Below, piece by piece: positions 11,700 through 24,563 of a DNA stretch of 64,000 nucleotides (within the stretch, counting starts at the first letter, position 1; each line of letters opens with the position of its first letter). Position numbers and translations under genes: made by a program. The notes under the pieces were generated by a model. It did no database searches. It had not been told where the DNA came from and saw only the letters and a list, made by a program, of their open reading frames with translations. The DNA is from Camelus ferus (taxonomy: Eukaryota), in NCBI RefSeq assembly GCF_009834535.1, contig NC_045698.1, forward strand, positions 5,520,001-5,584,000. Reading direction: 5' to 3'.

Positions 11700-12980
11700 T
11701 CCAGTCCCTGGTGCTGAAGATACTGAGGCCTGAGTTAGGAATTGCGGGTCTTGGAGTCTCAGTGCGGGAAGGGGCGTGTTGGTTATGATTCCAGAGAACC
11801 GAGGGGCGTCCCTCCACCTCCGAGAGTGAATCCACCTCTCAGGGCCCCGTCCCTGGAACGTGGTGTCCAGGAGCACCAGAGGGCCCAGCCTAGCGGGAGA
11901 AGCTCGGGGTTTAGGGACAGATGAGGGCTCGCCACCTCTTCTGCGGGTCACAGGTGGGGGGAGGGCGGCTCCAGGAGTCCTTGAGAGGAAACCCGGTGGT
12001 AAGGTGCAAACACTCGGACCTGGGAGCAGGGGACAGACCTGCAGGCTCTTCTGAGGGGCTTCGCCTTGCGCCCCCCGTGTGTCGACCAAGCACCACACCC
12101 CTCTCTGCGGATGACCTCCCTCTGCCAGGGCCTGGACGCCGCCCGCCCGCCGGGCCGCACCCCCCCTGGATGCCCACCTGAGACCCCCGTGCTGGCCTCC
12201 TCATGCGACTACCTAGCTCTGCACCTGAGGACTGAATTGTTCAGGGATGGAAGAGAGGGCACGAGGGACAGAAAAAAACGGGAAGAAGAAGCGGGGAAAG
12301 AAGAGGAACTGATGCTGCTGTGAACCTGCCGTCCACGTGGTCACCATCCATCGTCGGGCTACGCCCACTGCCAGCGGAGCCAGCAGCAACCCCCCAGGCC
12401 ATCCCTGAGTAACCACAGCAGCCAACTGGGCAAGTGCGACTCGGTGGAGCCCGTTGGGGTGAGGGGTGGGCAGCCATCGCTGCAGCCAGGTGTGCAGAGA
12501 AGGCAGGTGGACCCTGGGGGCTGTTGGCAAAGCTCAGGGGCGTCGGAGCAGGTGACAGGGTTGGGGACAAGATAAAGGGCCCCCTTATGATGAATGAACT
12601 GCTTTGCTAACTTGGCTTGTGAAAGCGGGGCACGTCACCTTGGGTACGTAGATTCTAAAGGAACAAGGGAAATGCAAGAAAAGAAAACCTGCCAATGTCA
12701 GGCAGTTGCTCAGTGTCCAGCTTTGTCTCAGCCCCAAACTGCGTGTCTTCCTCGTGGGAAGACGTGCTCTGCGTGGAGGGGCTGGGGTGAGGGCGCAGGC
12801 AGGAGGGCCGTGTGCCCAGGGGTTGCAGGAGGGAGGAAAGGGGTGTCACTTCAGGGACTGTCCCCTAGATGGCGCCATGAGACAACGTTTGCGTCGTTTC
12901 CGACTGCGCCGTCAGATCTTCAAGCGCACTGAAGGCCCTTCGCACCCCGTAAGGCAACGAGAAGATGCATTTTGTTAGTT
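11700..12980. promoter_or_regulatory. GC/CpG-rich island-like region
   Basis: High GC, many CpGs, GC-box run gccgcccgcccgccgg near 12140, and CACGTG at about 12334. Confidence 0.45.
12862..12875 (+). promoter_or_regulatory. CTCF-like motif
   Basis: CCCCTAGATGGCGC, 13/14 match to the CCACTAGATGGCGC core. Confidence 0.55.
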
Positions 12981-13011
12981 TCTTCCCAATAGCCTATTAA
13001 GGCACTAGTTT

Positions 13012-13466
13012 TAAAAAATCTTTTTTATTGAAATGTACTTGATTTACAACGTTAGTTTCAGGTGTACAGCAAAGTGATTCAGTTGTACATATACGTGCAC
13101 ATGTATTTTCTTTTCAGATTTTTTTCCATTATATGTTATTACAAGGAACTGAATATAGTTCCCTGTGCTATAGAGTAGGTCCTTGTTGTTATCTATTTTA
13201 CATACAGTAATGTGTGTTTGTTCATCCCCAGCCCCTAATTTATCCCTCCTGGCCCTTTCCCCTTTGGTGACCACAGTTTGTTTCCATGTCCAGGAGTCTG
13301 TTTTTGGTTTGTTAATAGAATTTGTATCATTTTTTTTTTTTTTTTAGATTCCACATATAAGTGATATCATATGATAATATCACAGTCTTTGATTTACTTC
13401 ACTCAATGTGATCACCTCTAGGTCCATCCACATTGCTGCAAATGGCATTATTTCATTCTTATTTTA
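13012..13466 (-). mobile_element. Lineage-specific L1 3' fragment
   Basis: ttttattgaa...gatttacaacgttagtttcaggtgtacagcaaagtgattcag. TSD taaggcactagttt / taagccactagttt. Confidence 0.9.
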
Positions 13467-13559
13467 TAAGCCACTAGTTTCAAAACCAGGCATTTTGTGT
13501 AGATGGCCAGTCTCCTTCTAGTCCCCAGGAAGAACGGGGAAAGGGACCTTAACTTTGGA

Positions 13560-13655
13560 CCCAGCTGACCTCTGTAACCAAGAGAAAGTTGCTCACAACC
13601 TCTGAGCCTCCATTTCTCCATCAATGAACAGGAGATAATGAGGCCTCAGGGAGCG
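13560..13655 (+). mobile_element. MIR core fragment
   Basis: aagtt...aacctctgagcctccatttctccatc...aacaggagataat. Confidence 0.55.
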
Positions 13656-13799
13656 AGCCCATCACCCCCTCCCCCGTTCTATCCATGTCACTTCCCTTTG
13701 TAATTAAAGTTCTTTCCAACCAGTTTGCTTTTCCCCATTGGTCCTCTGATTAGATCAAGATCCGGTAGGTTTGTAAGATCTGTTACCCTGCCTTCCGGA

Positions 13800-13950
13800 G
13801 TGGCTGGCTGACTTTGTTTTCTTGCCGGCAGTGAGTGGGGGTTTCTGTTGCTCCACATTCTCACTGGTAACTGGTATCGTTGCATTTTTGGAGCTTAGCC
13901 ACCTTCGTGGGTGTGTGGTGGTGTGTGGCTGTTATCATTTTAAATTATTA
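13800..13950 (-). mobile_element. Old L1M ORF2-3' fragment
   Basis: ccggcagtgagtgggggtttctgttgctccacattctcac parallels L1 sequence at 9050-9170. Confidence 0.6.
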
Positions 13951-14459
13951 CTTAACAGAAGGACAATTGGTTTAGAATAAGTTTAGCTATAATCTAGGCA
14001 TTTTAACCTCCTGTGGATGCTGTTTTCCCACGACGGCAGTTTTTGCTCACGTGTCTGCACCTCCCCTCCGTACCCTCGTTAAGCCCCCATGTGGTGGGCT
14101 CTCCAGGTGGCGCCTGCCGCTTCTGCTGGAAGCCCCTTCATACAGCAGCTCCTCCTTAGGCTGGGATTCCTGCTGAAACCTGGGGACAGTTGTCACATTT
14201 CAAATTTCTGTGTAACATTTTCGTTCTTTTCCTTTTTTCTTTTTACCGTAAGAAGCACAATTAGAGGTGAATACTTTTAAGCTGCACCAAGCAGTTTAAT
14301 CTTCCTAAAGGAACTGGGTATCAAATGGCATTCATCAGTTTAACTTCTAGGGCCATTTCTGGATACCGTAGCAGTCTGGCTGGTTTTCACAGGAAACTGG
14401 CTTTAGTCTCACATTTGGATTGGAAGTGACCCCCAGCGTTCAGGGCTTTCTCCAGACTC

Positions 14460-15560
14460 GCCATCCTCTAACGCCAGCCCTGCGGTGCTGCAGAATCCCC
14501 GCTCGCTGCAGAGCACGAGGCCTCCCCAGAACAGCCCTGCAGATGGTGGCTCTGACGAACGTCAGGGCTCTGCCACCTGCATGACAGGGACCCCGTGAAT
14601 TCCGGGCGCTCTGGGGCACAGGGCCAGGCTCTGCTACGTGGAGACCCAGCGCCCCCAGACCCGGGTGTCTCCTTGCACACCTGCCCGTCTGGCTTTAGGT
14701 GTATTTCTGTGCCGCTGGCCCTGGAAGCTGCTGGGAGGAGCTGAGCTCCCTGCCCCTTCAGGGACATCTCACTGAGCCTGTAGGGGATGGGCATCGATAC
14801 TGGGGGGAGAGAGGGCTCCCTGTGTGTGGAGGGGGCAGAGGCCCTCCAGGAGCTGAGAGGAGTAACTGAGAGGGTGAGGGTGTCCCTGCCGTGGAGCAGC
14901 CTCTGTCCCCAAGAAGGGTCAGGCCACGGGGTCAGCGGGAACCAGGGATCTGGCCCCACGGACCCACGAGTGATGCCAAAGAGAAAGGAAGCGAATGTGG
15001 GCGGAGGGGATGGTGAGAAGGGGACCCGGTCACTCCAGCTGAGTGTTGTGGGCGGTCCTGGGAGGGGACCGTGACGAGCACGCACGGTCCTGTGGGTCTG
15101 ATCCCTGGATCCTCCGGGGCCGACCGCCCGGAGCGCAGGTGAAGGTGCCTCTGTTCCTCATTATCTGTGAAAGGGTGACATTCATGGGAGTCAAAGCCTG
15201 TGTGGGGAGTGTTCCCACTGGGGTCTTTGGTGGAGTCAGCGGGTCAGGTGCCTTCAAAGTTAGGGACAGAGTCTCAGCAGGGGTCTCCAGGCGCCCGGGG
15301 GCTGCCTGAGGACGCATTAGAGCGTGACTGCAGGTCAAGGGAGACTTCACTTAAACACGTATCGAGCCTGCTCTCAGCCACCGGTTCGCGTAAACACTTC
15401 CTTGACGCGCACGGAAGGTGCGGCCTTGAGGGAGCTCGCGCTTACACACGCCTGATGCTCCTGGACGACGGTTCCCTCGCTGCTAGAGTAAATCATGCAC
15501 GTTTCCCAGCACCGTCAAGCCACTCCCAACGCTGACTTCCACCCACGGTCATGAACTTTC
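14460..15560. promoter_or_regulatory. GC/CpG-rich region
   Basis: GC-rich with many retained CpGs. No credible coding frame. Confidence 0.35.
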
Positions 15561-18009
15561 TTTGGCCCCAGGGTGTCTATTACACTCCACTGGGGTTTTT
15601 TTCATGGGTGCATTTTTGAAGTATCTTCTTGCTTATATCCAAAATCAGCACTTTTGCATCAAAAGACGGCTCTGGGGCACTACGGGCAGATACCAGGTAC
15701 TGTGAGTGGCTGCAGTGAACTGACCCACATCTGCCTCAAAGCAGCCACTTTGCACGAGGGAGCTTGTGCTCAAGTCCACGGCTCCCATAATAAATTTCTA
15801 TGTAAGTAGAATTTTCAAATGATGCCCTTAAAGCAACTCATATGCAGATTCTTTGCTGTTCTTTCTAAGGCGATTGCGTCGGCCGTGCCCAGGGCATCCA
15901 CTCAGGCTCGGTGCACTTGGAGATTTCTGTCCACACGACGCAGCTGACATAGATGAATGTTCGATTATCTATGGCAGATGCCAGGAAGCCGATCTGACTC
16001 CCATGCTTTGCTGACCAGCGGTTGTGAACTGAGAGCGCGTACGGTGATCCTTACTTTGCCCTGAGAAATGCACAAAGGTAATTCCAAGTACCGCACAGTG
16101 CATTACCATGTGGGATAAAACACTTGCAGGCTGGGTACTATTTTGGAATTTATTTCTGCTGTTCACCCCTGTTGAGATCACTAATAATAATTGATTTAAG
16201 GATGTCTTGTACCTCAATAAATATAGAACCAAGGCGTTTAGGTTATTTGTTTTGAAACTACAAAAACCAAAGGAAATTTATTGCTCTCATCTTTGCTTCT
16301 TTTCTCTTTTGGGGATTGAGAAACAATGCCTGGGATGTATGTCATCCCTGCCTGATGGCCTCTTTGCAATGCTGAAGCATCAGCAGTGATTTTTAAAAAC
16401 GACTCTATTTCATGCTCTCTTTTTAAAAATAGGCTTGTATTAAAGATGAATTACATATTCAAGAGGTGGAACAAGGTGTGATTCCATTTTAATGTAGTTT
16501 ATTATCTGAAATTCAGTATCAGAAGCATCAGTTATGGAGCCCAGTTCTCTTCTGAAAATGCGGTTCCCAGAGTGGGCGACTTTGGGTGCCATAAAAACCT
16601 AACTGAGAGCCTGACACCAAAGTTCCCAGCAGCAGTCGCCTCATGGTCAGTCTTTTCTAAGAATTGTATTAGCTCTGCCACTGGAAAAAATTCTAGCTTA
16701 TTACCAATGAAGAAAGTTGCTATCAGATCTAATTCAGAGAGAGCTGTTTGATTGTGCTGACAAGATAAGCTAGTCAGTCAAGATCACTTTCAGATCAGAG
16801 AGGAGAGACGTCGCGTGAAATCTGCTACACGCTGCTGGCGGTAGAAATCAGTCTGCGGCATTTCTTAGACTAATGTGCAGGTCAGGCACGAGGCTGTATG
16901 CCACTTCTCCTAATTTAATCAGCAATCAGAGGCAATTTAATCCTCGACTACACGAAACATTTAAATGGCTCAATGTTAAAGACTCACAAGCTCGAAAGGA
17001 GATCTGGATTCTGAAAAATCCAAACTATCCTTCCATCTCATGCTTCCCTCTCTTAAGTGTAGTTTAATATCTTACAAAAAGTTGCCAGTGCTTTGTTTAA
17101 GATGGTGATTTGTCATTTCACTTGGACATTATTGGTTCTAATTAGAAGCGAAGGATTAATTGGCTATATGTTAAATAAATTTGCTCTTATAACTCTCTTT
17201 GAAGTCAGGAACAGAAAACAACCAGCACACCCAGAAGAAGTGTGATGGTGTGCTCAGAGTTCAGGTGAACCCAGCCTCAGCCTTCCAGAATCAGGCAGCA
17301 CTCTGACTTTTACGTCTTCATAACAAACACACGAGCAAACACGCAAGCAAACCCCACACCCCGCGAGTGTCTGTTCTGGAGTAGGAATGTCAGTGTGATG
17401 CATGCAGAAATTAGAAGCTTTCCTCCTCAGGCAAATCCACGGATACAGGGAACTCAGACACAGGCTCGTGGAAGCTGCCACAGAGATTGTGACTGGACAA
17501 ATGAGAACCACCTAGAACATTGCCTGGTTCTTTTATTGGAAGTCAATTTCAAATTGCTTCACAAGCTTGCAAAAGGTGTCATCCTCAGCTTTGGCTAAAA
17601 AAGTTAAAGTTCTGTTTTTTGGCTAAAGTTGATTGCTTTTCCCCTAAACCATAACACTAGACTGGAGCGTCTGCACTTTGAGGGAAAATACGGTATCAAC
17701 CTTCCATTGGAACATCTGGATTCACTACTGAAGTTCTCCGTCATCTGCAGAGAAAAGCATAAAATTGGCCCACTGCAGAATTCTTGTAAAGTGAGCGACA
17801 GTAGCTTCATGCTTTACCACTTGGTGTGACTTCTGGAGACGTGAACTCTCACATGCCTCTTTCTGTGGTGAATCCTGTCGCCTGTTTTGTGATGCAAAAT
17901 GTACCCATTTGGAATTGTTTTACTTTGTCACTGAACATTTTTTAAAGCCAACTTCAAGCCTTGGTAAAAAGTGCAGGAAGTTACTGACCTCACTCTTCTC
18001 AATAATTAC

Positions 18010-18170
18010 ATTTAAAAACACAGCCTGTATATATATATATTCTGGTTTGGTTCCTGTACAGGAACCTACACACATTTCAGATGTACACTTAGATGAAGTT
18101 TGGTAGACGTACATACCCATGAAACCACAGCACAATCAAGATAGCTAACATTTCCATGACTCCCCAGGTG
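18010..18170 (-). mobile_element. Old L1M 3' end fragment
   Basis: atgtacacttagatgaagtttgg...acccatgaaaccacagcacaatcaagata, similar to 7170-7260. Confidence 0.6.
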
Positions 18171-18538
18171 GAGCAATTTTCGAGCCTTTGTAGAATGAAA
18201 TAGCATTGCTTTTCCCTCTTCATCTGAAGGAGAGAGTCGAATTTTGGTTGTCCTGCTGGAGTGCTCCTGTTTTGCAGGCTATTTCCTCACTGTTGCACTG
18301 GCTGCACCGTTCAGTTTTAGTTCTTACGATCTTAATTATTACCATCATTGGAAACCTGGCTTTTAGAAATGTGCAGTACAAATTTCCAGTGACTTTCATC
18401 TTTTCTGTTTATCAGTTCACTGGTCTTACACACTCACGTGAGAGCTGTCCAGCTCTACATCTAAGAAAGCTGTCTAGTGACGCCTGACAGAGATGCTGCT
18501 TTCAGAATCAGTTAAGGACCCCATTTGTGGCCTTGCAG

Positions 18539-18632
18539 GTGGAAAACAGTATGGAGATTCCTCAAAAAACTAGAAACAGACTTACCATATGATCCAGCAA
18601 TCCTATTACTGGGCATATATCCAGAGGGATCC
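18539..18632 (+). mobile_element. Isolated internal L1 ORF2 fragment
   Basis: gtggaaaacagtatggagattcctcaaaaaactagaaacagacttaccatatgatccagcaatcc translates as VENSMEIPQKTRNRLTI; another frame gives WKTVWRFLKKLETDLPYDPAILLLGIYP, which is L1 ORF2. Confidence 0.85.
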
Positions 18633-18647
18633 ACTTTTAATGCTGTC

Positions 18648-19232
18648 CATAATAATAACAGTTTATATTGAGTGAATGCTTATGTGTTCCTGGAACACTC
18701 TACATATTTTATATTATGTGTGAAATAATTTTACCTTTATAATAATCTCATGAAGTAAGGGTTGTTATGATCCCCATAAATCAACAATAAAAACAGTGTT
18801 ACAACAACAAACAGTGACTAAAACAATCCTTATGGGAGCGTGTATCTGATTTTCAGAGTTGCCACGTTATATAATTAAAAATGTCTAGTTTTCAACAAAA
18901 ATTCTGAGTTGTTCAAAGAAACATGAAAGCATAAGGAAAAACAATCATGGATACAAATTGACCTTAAGCGAGCTCAGATACTGGATTTACTAGACAAAGA
19001 CTTTAAATCAGCTGTTGTAAATATGTTTAAAAAAAAAAGAAAACTGAAGAAAACTGTCTAAGCAACTAAAGGCAAGTCTATATGGTGTCTCACTATATAG
19101 AAAACATAAACAAAGAGATATAAGTCAAAGAAAGGCACAAGATGGAAATGTGCTCATTGGCAACACTCAGGCAATGCTGAGCTGGGATAGAAGCCCAATG
19201 TGGGTATTGGAGCCCATGATATTTAACCACTA
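18648..19232 (-). mobile_element. MIR split by an old L1 fragment
   Basis: The MIR 3' part at 18648-18777 ends in tatgatccccat. The 5' part resumes at about 19150-19232 (gagctgggatagaagccca...ttaaccacta). Confidence 0.55.
18790..19140 (+). mobile_element. Old L1M 5'/ORF1-start fragment
   Basis: tctgattttcagagttgccac...aaatgtctagttttcaacaaaaatt...tggatttactagacaaagactttaaatcagct. Confidence 0.7.
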
Positions 19233-19974
19233 TTTATATATACACTCACACACATATATACATAGAAATATAATTTCTTTCTAAGAAAACTTACAAAAAT
19301 TGGGAAACCTAATTTGATGTATTAATTAAATCCAGCAATGTTAGGTATTTCTTCTATCACATTTTTTCCTATGTTGGTGTGCACACCCATGTATTTGCTC
19401 TAGCACAATATAGAACAGGAATACTTGACTAAAATGGATTTGAAACGTAAGAGTGAAAAGTTACATAAAAGTGTTACTTAAGTAAAGCACAATATAGTTT
19501 CCTATATGTATGAAAGCCAGTGGATGTGTAGTTTAATCTTTCCATCAAATTATATTGATGTCCAACATATATTTGAAAAAAAAATATTTCTATTAATTAT
19601 TTTTGACTAAATTTTCTGGGATCCAACTTACTTATAGACAAATATATTAGGTAATTGATGGAAAAATTGAATAAAGTCCATTCTTTGGGCTACTTTATTT
19701 ATCAAAATTACTGATTCAGAAGCTGTAAGGGATCCAGAGTTGGGGGCGAAAGCAGCTGCTCAAAACTGTCATCAGTCTCAGAGGACCAGAGAATCACATT
19801 TGGAGTTAAGGACAACCCAGCCCAACCCAAACCAGACCAGACCAAGAAGAAACAAAACCCAGGACTTCACAGCCCATAATTCTGCAGAAGAGGAAGCTGC
19901 AAAGGAGTGAGCACAACTTTTTGCACAGTCTTTCAGATTGAAACTGTGATGATTCTGAAGCCACCGGGAATGCC

Positions 19975-20075
19975 TCATCTTCGGCTTTAGCAGTTTTATT
20001 AGGATGTGCCTAGGTGTGGCTGCTTTTGTATTTATGCTGCGTGGGATTCATAAGTTTCCCCAGATCTGTGGCTTC
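19975..20075 (-). mobile_element. Old L1M ORF1 fragment
   Basis: gatgtgcctaggtgtgg...tttgtatttatgctgc.tgggattc...agatctgtggctt. Confidence 0.55.
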
Positions 20076-20499
20076 TGAGTGTGACGCAATATGCCCTGGA
20101 AATAAGTAGAAAGGGTCCTTCCTCTCACACAGAAGAGATAAGGAAAAGGAAGAATTAAGGCAAGATTTGATGAAAAGCATATCAACACTAAAGCAGCTCA
20201 CAGCCAATGACTTGTTTTCAAGAACATCTACAGTGAGAAGGTGTGAATGGAGGTGTGAACCTTTGGAGAAAGGTAATAACATCATGGGAAATCAGAGAAT
20301 TCACTAAGCAGGGATGAGCGCGAGGACCCCACAGACGCCCTGGAGGTGTGGAGTCTGGAACGGCTCTGACAGCAGCCATGCACTTCTCTTCAGTGTGGCT
20401 CAGTCTCCCAGGAATGGGCACGTGGCCGGGTCGTGCCTCAGCAGGGAAAGTACAAGGCGGAGAGGGAGATGCTACAAAGAGGCGGATAATAGAGCCTTT

Positions 20500-21200
20500 G
20501 TGAGAATGAAGTTGAAAAGGTGAGCTGAGAGGCAGGTGGTTAATGGAAGAAGAACAGCTCAGGGAGGATGAATGTCTAGTGTCTAGTGAGGAATCGTCGC
20601 AGTGAGTTAAGAGTGGTTACAGGTCATGCGGAGAGGGCAAAGAAAGGGAGTTGTTGTCAGTGCAGAGAATTTGGGATTTGTTTCTTTCAAAGTGGAGCCA
20701 TCCTGAGTAATGACGTCATCTGAGCTGTGGTCAAGCCATTTGAAGACAATAAACATCTGGGGGTAGTTGTCATTGGAGTTGATATCATGTCACCGGTGAG
20801 GCATAAATGTGGAGGCTCTAATAACTCAGGGGATGAGGTGGAGGCAAGAATGCTGAACCAGACTGGGGACCCAAACGAGAGGAGAGTAGTGAACTGAGGA
20901 CTGATCAGTAGCACTGCTGGAGGAAAGTAAGTGTATCATCACGTGGGATTCCCAGGAGAGAAGTGGGAAAGAAGATGGTGCAAACTGCCAGAATAGCCCA
21001 CGGGCAGCCAGGAGGAAGAAACTTGCCCTCCTTCCTGTAGGAGAGGGGGCGAAGCCATGGAGAAAGCAGCCTCCAGCTAACCGTGGGGACTCCGTAAAGG
21101 TGCCACGGCTGAGGGAGCAGTAGAGACAGTAAGGGGTTTTAGGAGGTTTCTGTAAAATGGAGCGCTGGGCGTAAGGAGACGGTAGGGCCCTCAGAAGTGG
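20500..21200 (-). mobile_element. Probable degraded L2 internal segment
   Basis: Purine-rich, heavily diverged sequence with L2-like stretches (ggagaaagcagcctcca...). Confidence 0.35.
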
Positions 21201-24200
21201 ACAACCTGGAGGGGAAGAGGACTGGAAAAGGCAGCTGTAAGGATCCTGACGGAAGCAGGCTTCCTTCATTCCTGATCCTGAGGGAGACAGGTGGGAAACA
21301 GAGAGGAAAGACTGAAAGCAGTCCCAGGATCATCATTTTATCTCGTTAATTGCCTACAGACTGTAAGTTCTTTTTTTCTTTCTGAAAAATGCAGTACCAA
21401 CTTCTGAACTCCTTTCAAGAAACCAATAAATTGTTCTGTTTTTCTAACTTACAGTGATAATCCAAAATCTTCCCCAGATATAAGACAACACATGGAATGT
21501 CTTCCTGAGCACTGGAGATTGTGCCTCTGTTTTCAAAGAATGATCTGGGCTTTCCATATAATTTTTCTTCTAAAGAGTTAAAAAGCATTAAACTGATCTA
21601 TCAAAATGCTAAAAAAAAAAAAATAAGTTGAGAGATTTAGGGCCTGCTGTACAGAACAAAACACATCGAGGGTTGGAAACTTTTCCATATTTAATTCAAG
21701 CTAAAATATTATGCAGATCTAGGTTGACATTATGAGATATTTGTAAGGGATTATAGTTACTTTTGCTTTGAAATGAAGTGGTTGAGTTTTAAAGACTTTA
21801 TCAGAAATGTTATCAAACCTGATGGTTTATATAATTAAAAAAAATCTCAATTCAGAAATGATAAGATATTGTGTACTTGGCACTGTTGATTCAATAAATC
21901 TAAAGAACAACACCCACACATCAGAATTTAAATATCTTACCTTTTTTCCATTTTAGTGATTGAGTCAAGCTATGGGAAGCACAGGTTTATTGTTTTCATC
22001 TAACATTTCAAACATCAGCTCCTAGTAGAAAACTGCTAAGCCAATCAGTCTGCCAGAGTTCTAGAGATTGCCAAACAGCTGCTGGCATTTTCTTCTGTAT
22101 ACACAGCAATTCTAACGTGTTTATAGGTTTTCTCTTTCTTTTTTTCCTTCTAACCTGCAGTTTGTCTTTTATGGAATCTAACAGTGCTGATGTTAAGTTG
22201 TCTGCCTCTAGGGTTTTGACCTGATGGAAGGGAGAGGCAACGAGGCAAGATGGAGCTGAGCCTGGTCGGCAGTGAAGGGATGGCCAGGATTCTGAGGTAA
22301 CAGCAAGCGGGAGCTGATGGGGAGGAAACGGAGACCTGCAAAGAGTCCCCAGATCCCAGGGCTCTAGAGGTCAAGTGCGCTTGGCTCTACGTGCTGCCCA
22401 GTGGCCATTTTAGGGATTGTTACTTCTTAAACCTCACAATCAGTCTTCCCCGCTGTAGCCCCCTAATCCTTGCCCCCGCTCCTTTTCCTCCTCTTTGCTC
22501 TGCCTCTTGACATTTATATTCTGTGTTTAAGTGAACAAACACATTTGCAGCCAGTCAGTTCAGGCTAAGAGCTGTCACGTGGTCACCAGCAAGGGGGTGA
22601 ACAGTGAGCCTGCATCACCTCCTGTGGGACCGCTCTCCTGACCTGCTGGGGTCAGGAGACACAGTCTCAGTGAGACCCGGGCCTCTCTGGGGTGCCCTTC
22701 CCAGAAGCCTTCCAGGCAGGACAGCGTCCTTCTGTCTTTTCTTGATTTGTTCTCCTGCCTCCCCCAAGCTGAGACCAGCACTGTGGGCCCTTATAAGGTT
22801 GATGCATTTCCTAGCAAGGCTGACACCAGAAATCAGACCTGGGAGGAGGGGAGAAATGCGCCTGATGGAGTATTTGCCTCTGCCATTCGGGACTCGTGAG
22901 ATCCGTGATCATGTGCCGTCAGGGTGTGGGCAGCCGTCTCTTACGGGACAATAACAGCCCATTCTGATTAGAACACAGACCGGAGCCTCCTTCCCTCAAA
23001 GCCTCAGTCATGGCCCCTGGCTCCCTCTAGGGCAGTCCGGTATGTGCAAACGTCCACTCCTCTCCTGGGTCTTCTCCAGCTCTCACAGCAGGATGTGGAG
23101 TCCAGCACACTAACCCTGCCATGGCTGGACACTGCAGTAGGGATGGTATTCCTCGCTCTTCATCCCACTTCTGTCCTCAGGGCAGCTCTGCATGGGCGGT
23201 GTTGCCCATTGGACATGTCTGCATGACACACAGGTCATGGAGAGGTAATCTGAACTTTTCCTGATGGCTATTTCCTAATGTAATAGCTCCCAGTGCTTAA
23301 GTTTCTATAGTGAAAGGTGAACATCATGTCTTTGGATAAGACATTGGGTCAGGCTTTAATTTCAGCCCAGGATGGATCCTCATCTCTGCAGATGCACTCA
23401 GGCTTAAGGGCAGAGGTGTGAAATGTCAGATCTTATGCTGGAATGACCAGATGTCCATCTAGAGAACAGATGTTCTTTTATGAATAAACTCTAAAGACCA
23501 ACACAGATGTCCTAGTAATTACTCTACACACCCTGACAAAAGGCATCCGAAGATGTCACTGGTTTTGTACGAGAATGTGAATTCAGTGAGGAATGAAATA
23601 GCAAAAAAAAAAGAAAAAAAATTCTGAAGTGAGCATGGGTCCAGTGGACACAGTTAGTCCTGACCTCTAATGTCAGGAGAAACAAGAGAAGAGGAACAAA
23701 GAAAACAAAGTAAATCTTCAGCCAACAGAGATTTAATAAAGACAGAAAAAGTAGGGAATGCCGATTTTTACAAAGTTGACATATCACAGAACTTTTGAAG
23801 TTGACATCATAGTGGCTCAAAGAAGCGCAGGAGACATAATTTATTTAGACATGCAAAACTTTCTAGACATGAAGGCCTTTTGTAGCTCACTCACAAGAGA
23901 CAAAGGAAGGTGCAATTCATAGAGTGGTCAGCAGGAGCAACTGTTTATTTTTAAAAGGTCCATGAGGGGGAAGAAGAATCTGATTGAAGGGCCAGTTCCT
24001 AGGGCACAAAGGTTAATGGTGAGAGGTCGCTGGGGTTGTCATGGTGATAGGGTCAATGCATTTTCTAATGACCTGGGAGAGGGGGCAGGCTTCAGGGTGG
24101 TCAAGCCTGCTGAAGGCACAGGGGTGTTTCAGACTGAAGGGACAAAGGGAAAGAACAGAAAGGATGCCTGAAACCTAGTACGTCATAATCCAAGGAACGC

Positions 24201-24370
24201 ATAGGTGACTGCAAACTAACCAGACATGCATTCATGCATGTGGGAGGGCGTCCTCTAAGCTGTGGGCCAGACTGGGGGTGGGGGGATGTTCTCCATCAGT
24301 TCAACCTCCCAGGAGAAGCTCTTGACCTCAGTGAGGTCAGCATCTGGGAAAAAAATGTATCTGTGGTTTA

Positions 24371-24563
24371 TTTTATTATTTTATTTTATTTTATTTTATT
24401 TTATTTTATTTTATTTTATTTTATTTTATTTTATTTATTTTATTTTAGGGGGAGAGGTAATTAGGTTTATTTATTTTTTTATTTTGATGGAGGTACTGGG
24501 ACTGAACCCAGGCCCTCATGCATGCTAGGCATGCGCTCTACCACTGAGCTACACCCTCCCCCC
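24371..24563 (-). mobile_element. Vic-1-like SINE with expanded (TAAAA)n tail
   Basis: tRNA-like head, (TTTTA)n tail at about 24371-24447, TSD tctgtggttta (24360-24370 / 24567-24577). Confidence 0.92.

Noticed and set aside
14468..15085. 205-aa ORF and other overlapping ORFs in GC-rich blocks
   Set aside because: Stop-codon scarcity in GC-rich DNA yields ORFs in many frames on both strands; no protein family signature.
21445..22030. Strong + acceptor at 21444 and a minus-strand exon-like piece (ELMFEMLDENNKPVLPIA*)
   Set aside because: In-frame stops, no partner exons and no recognisable protein.
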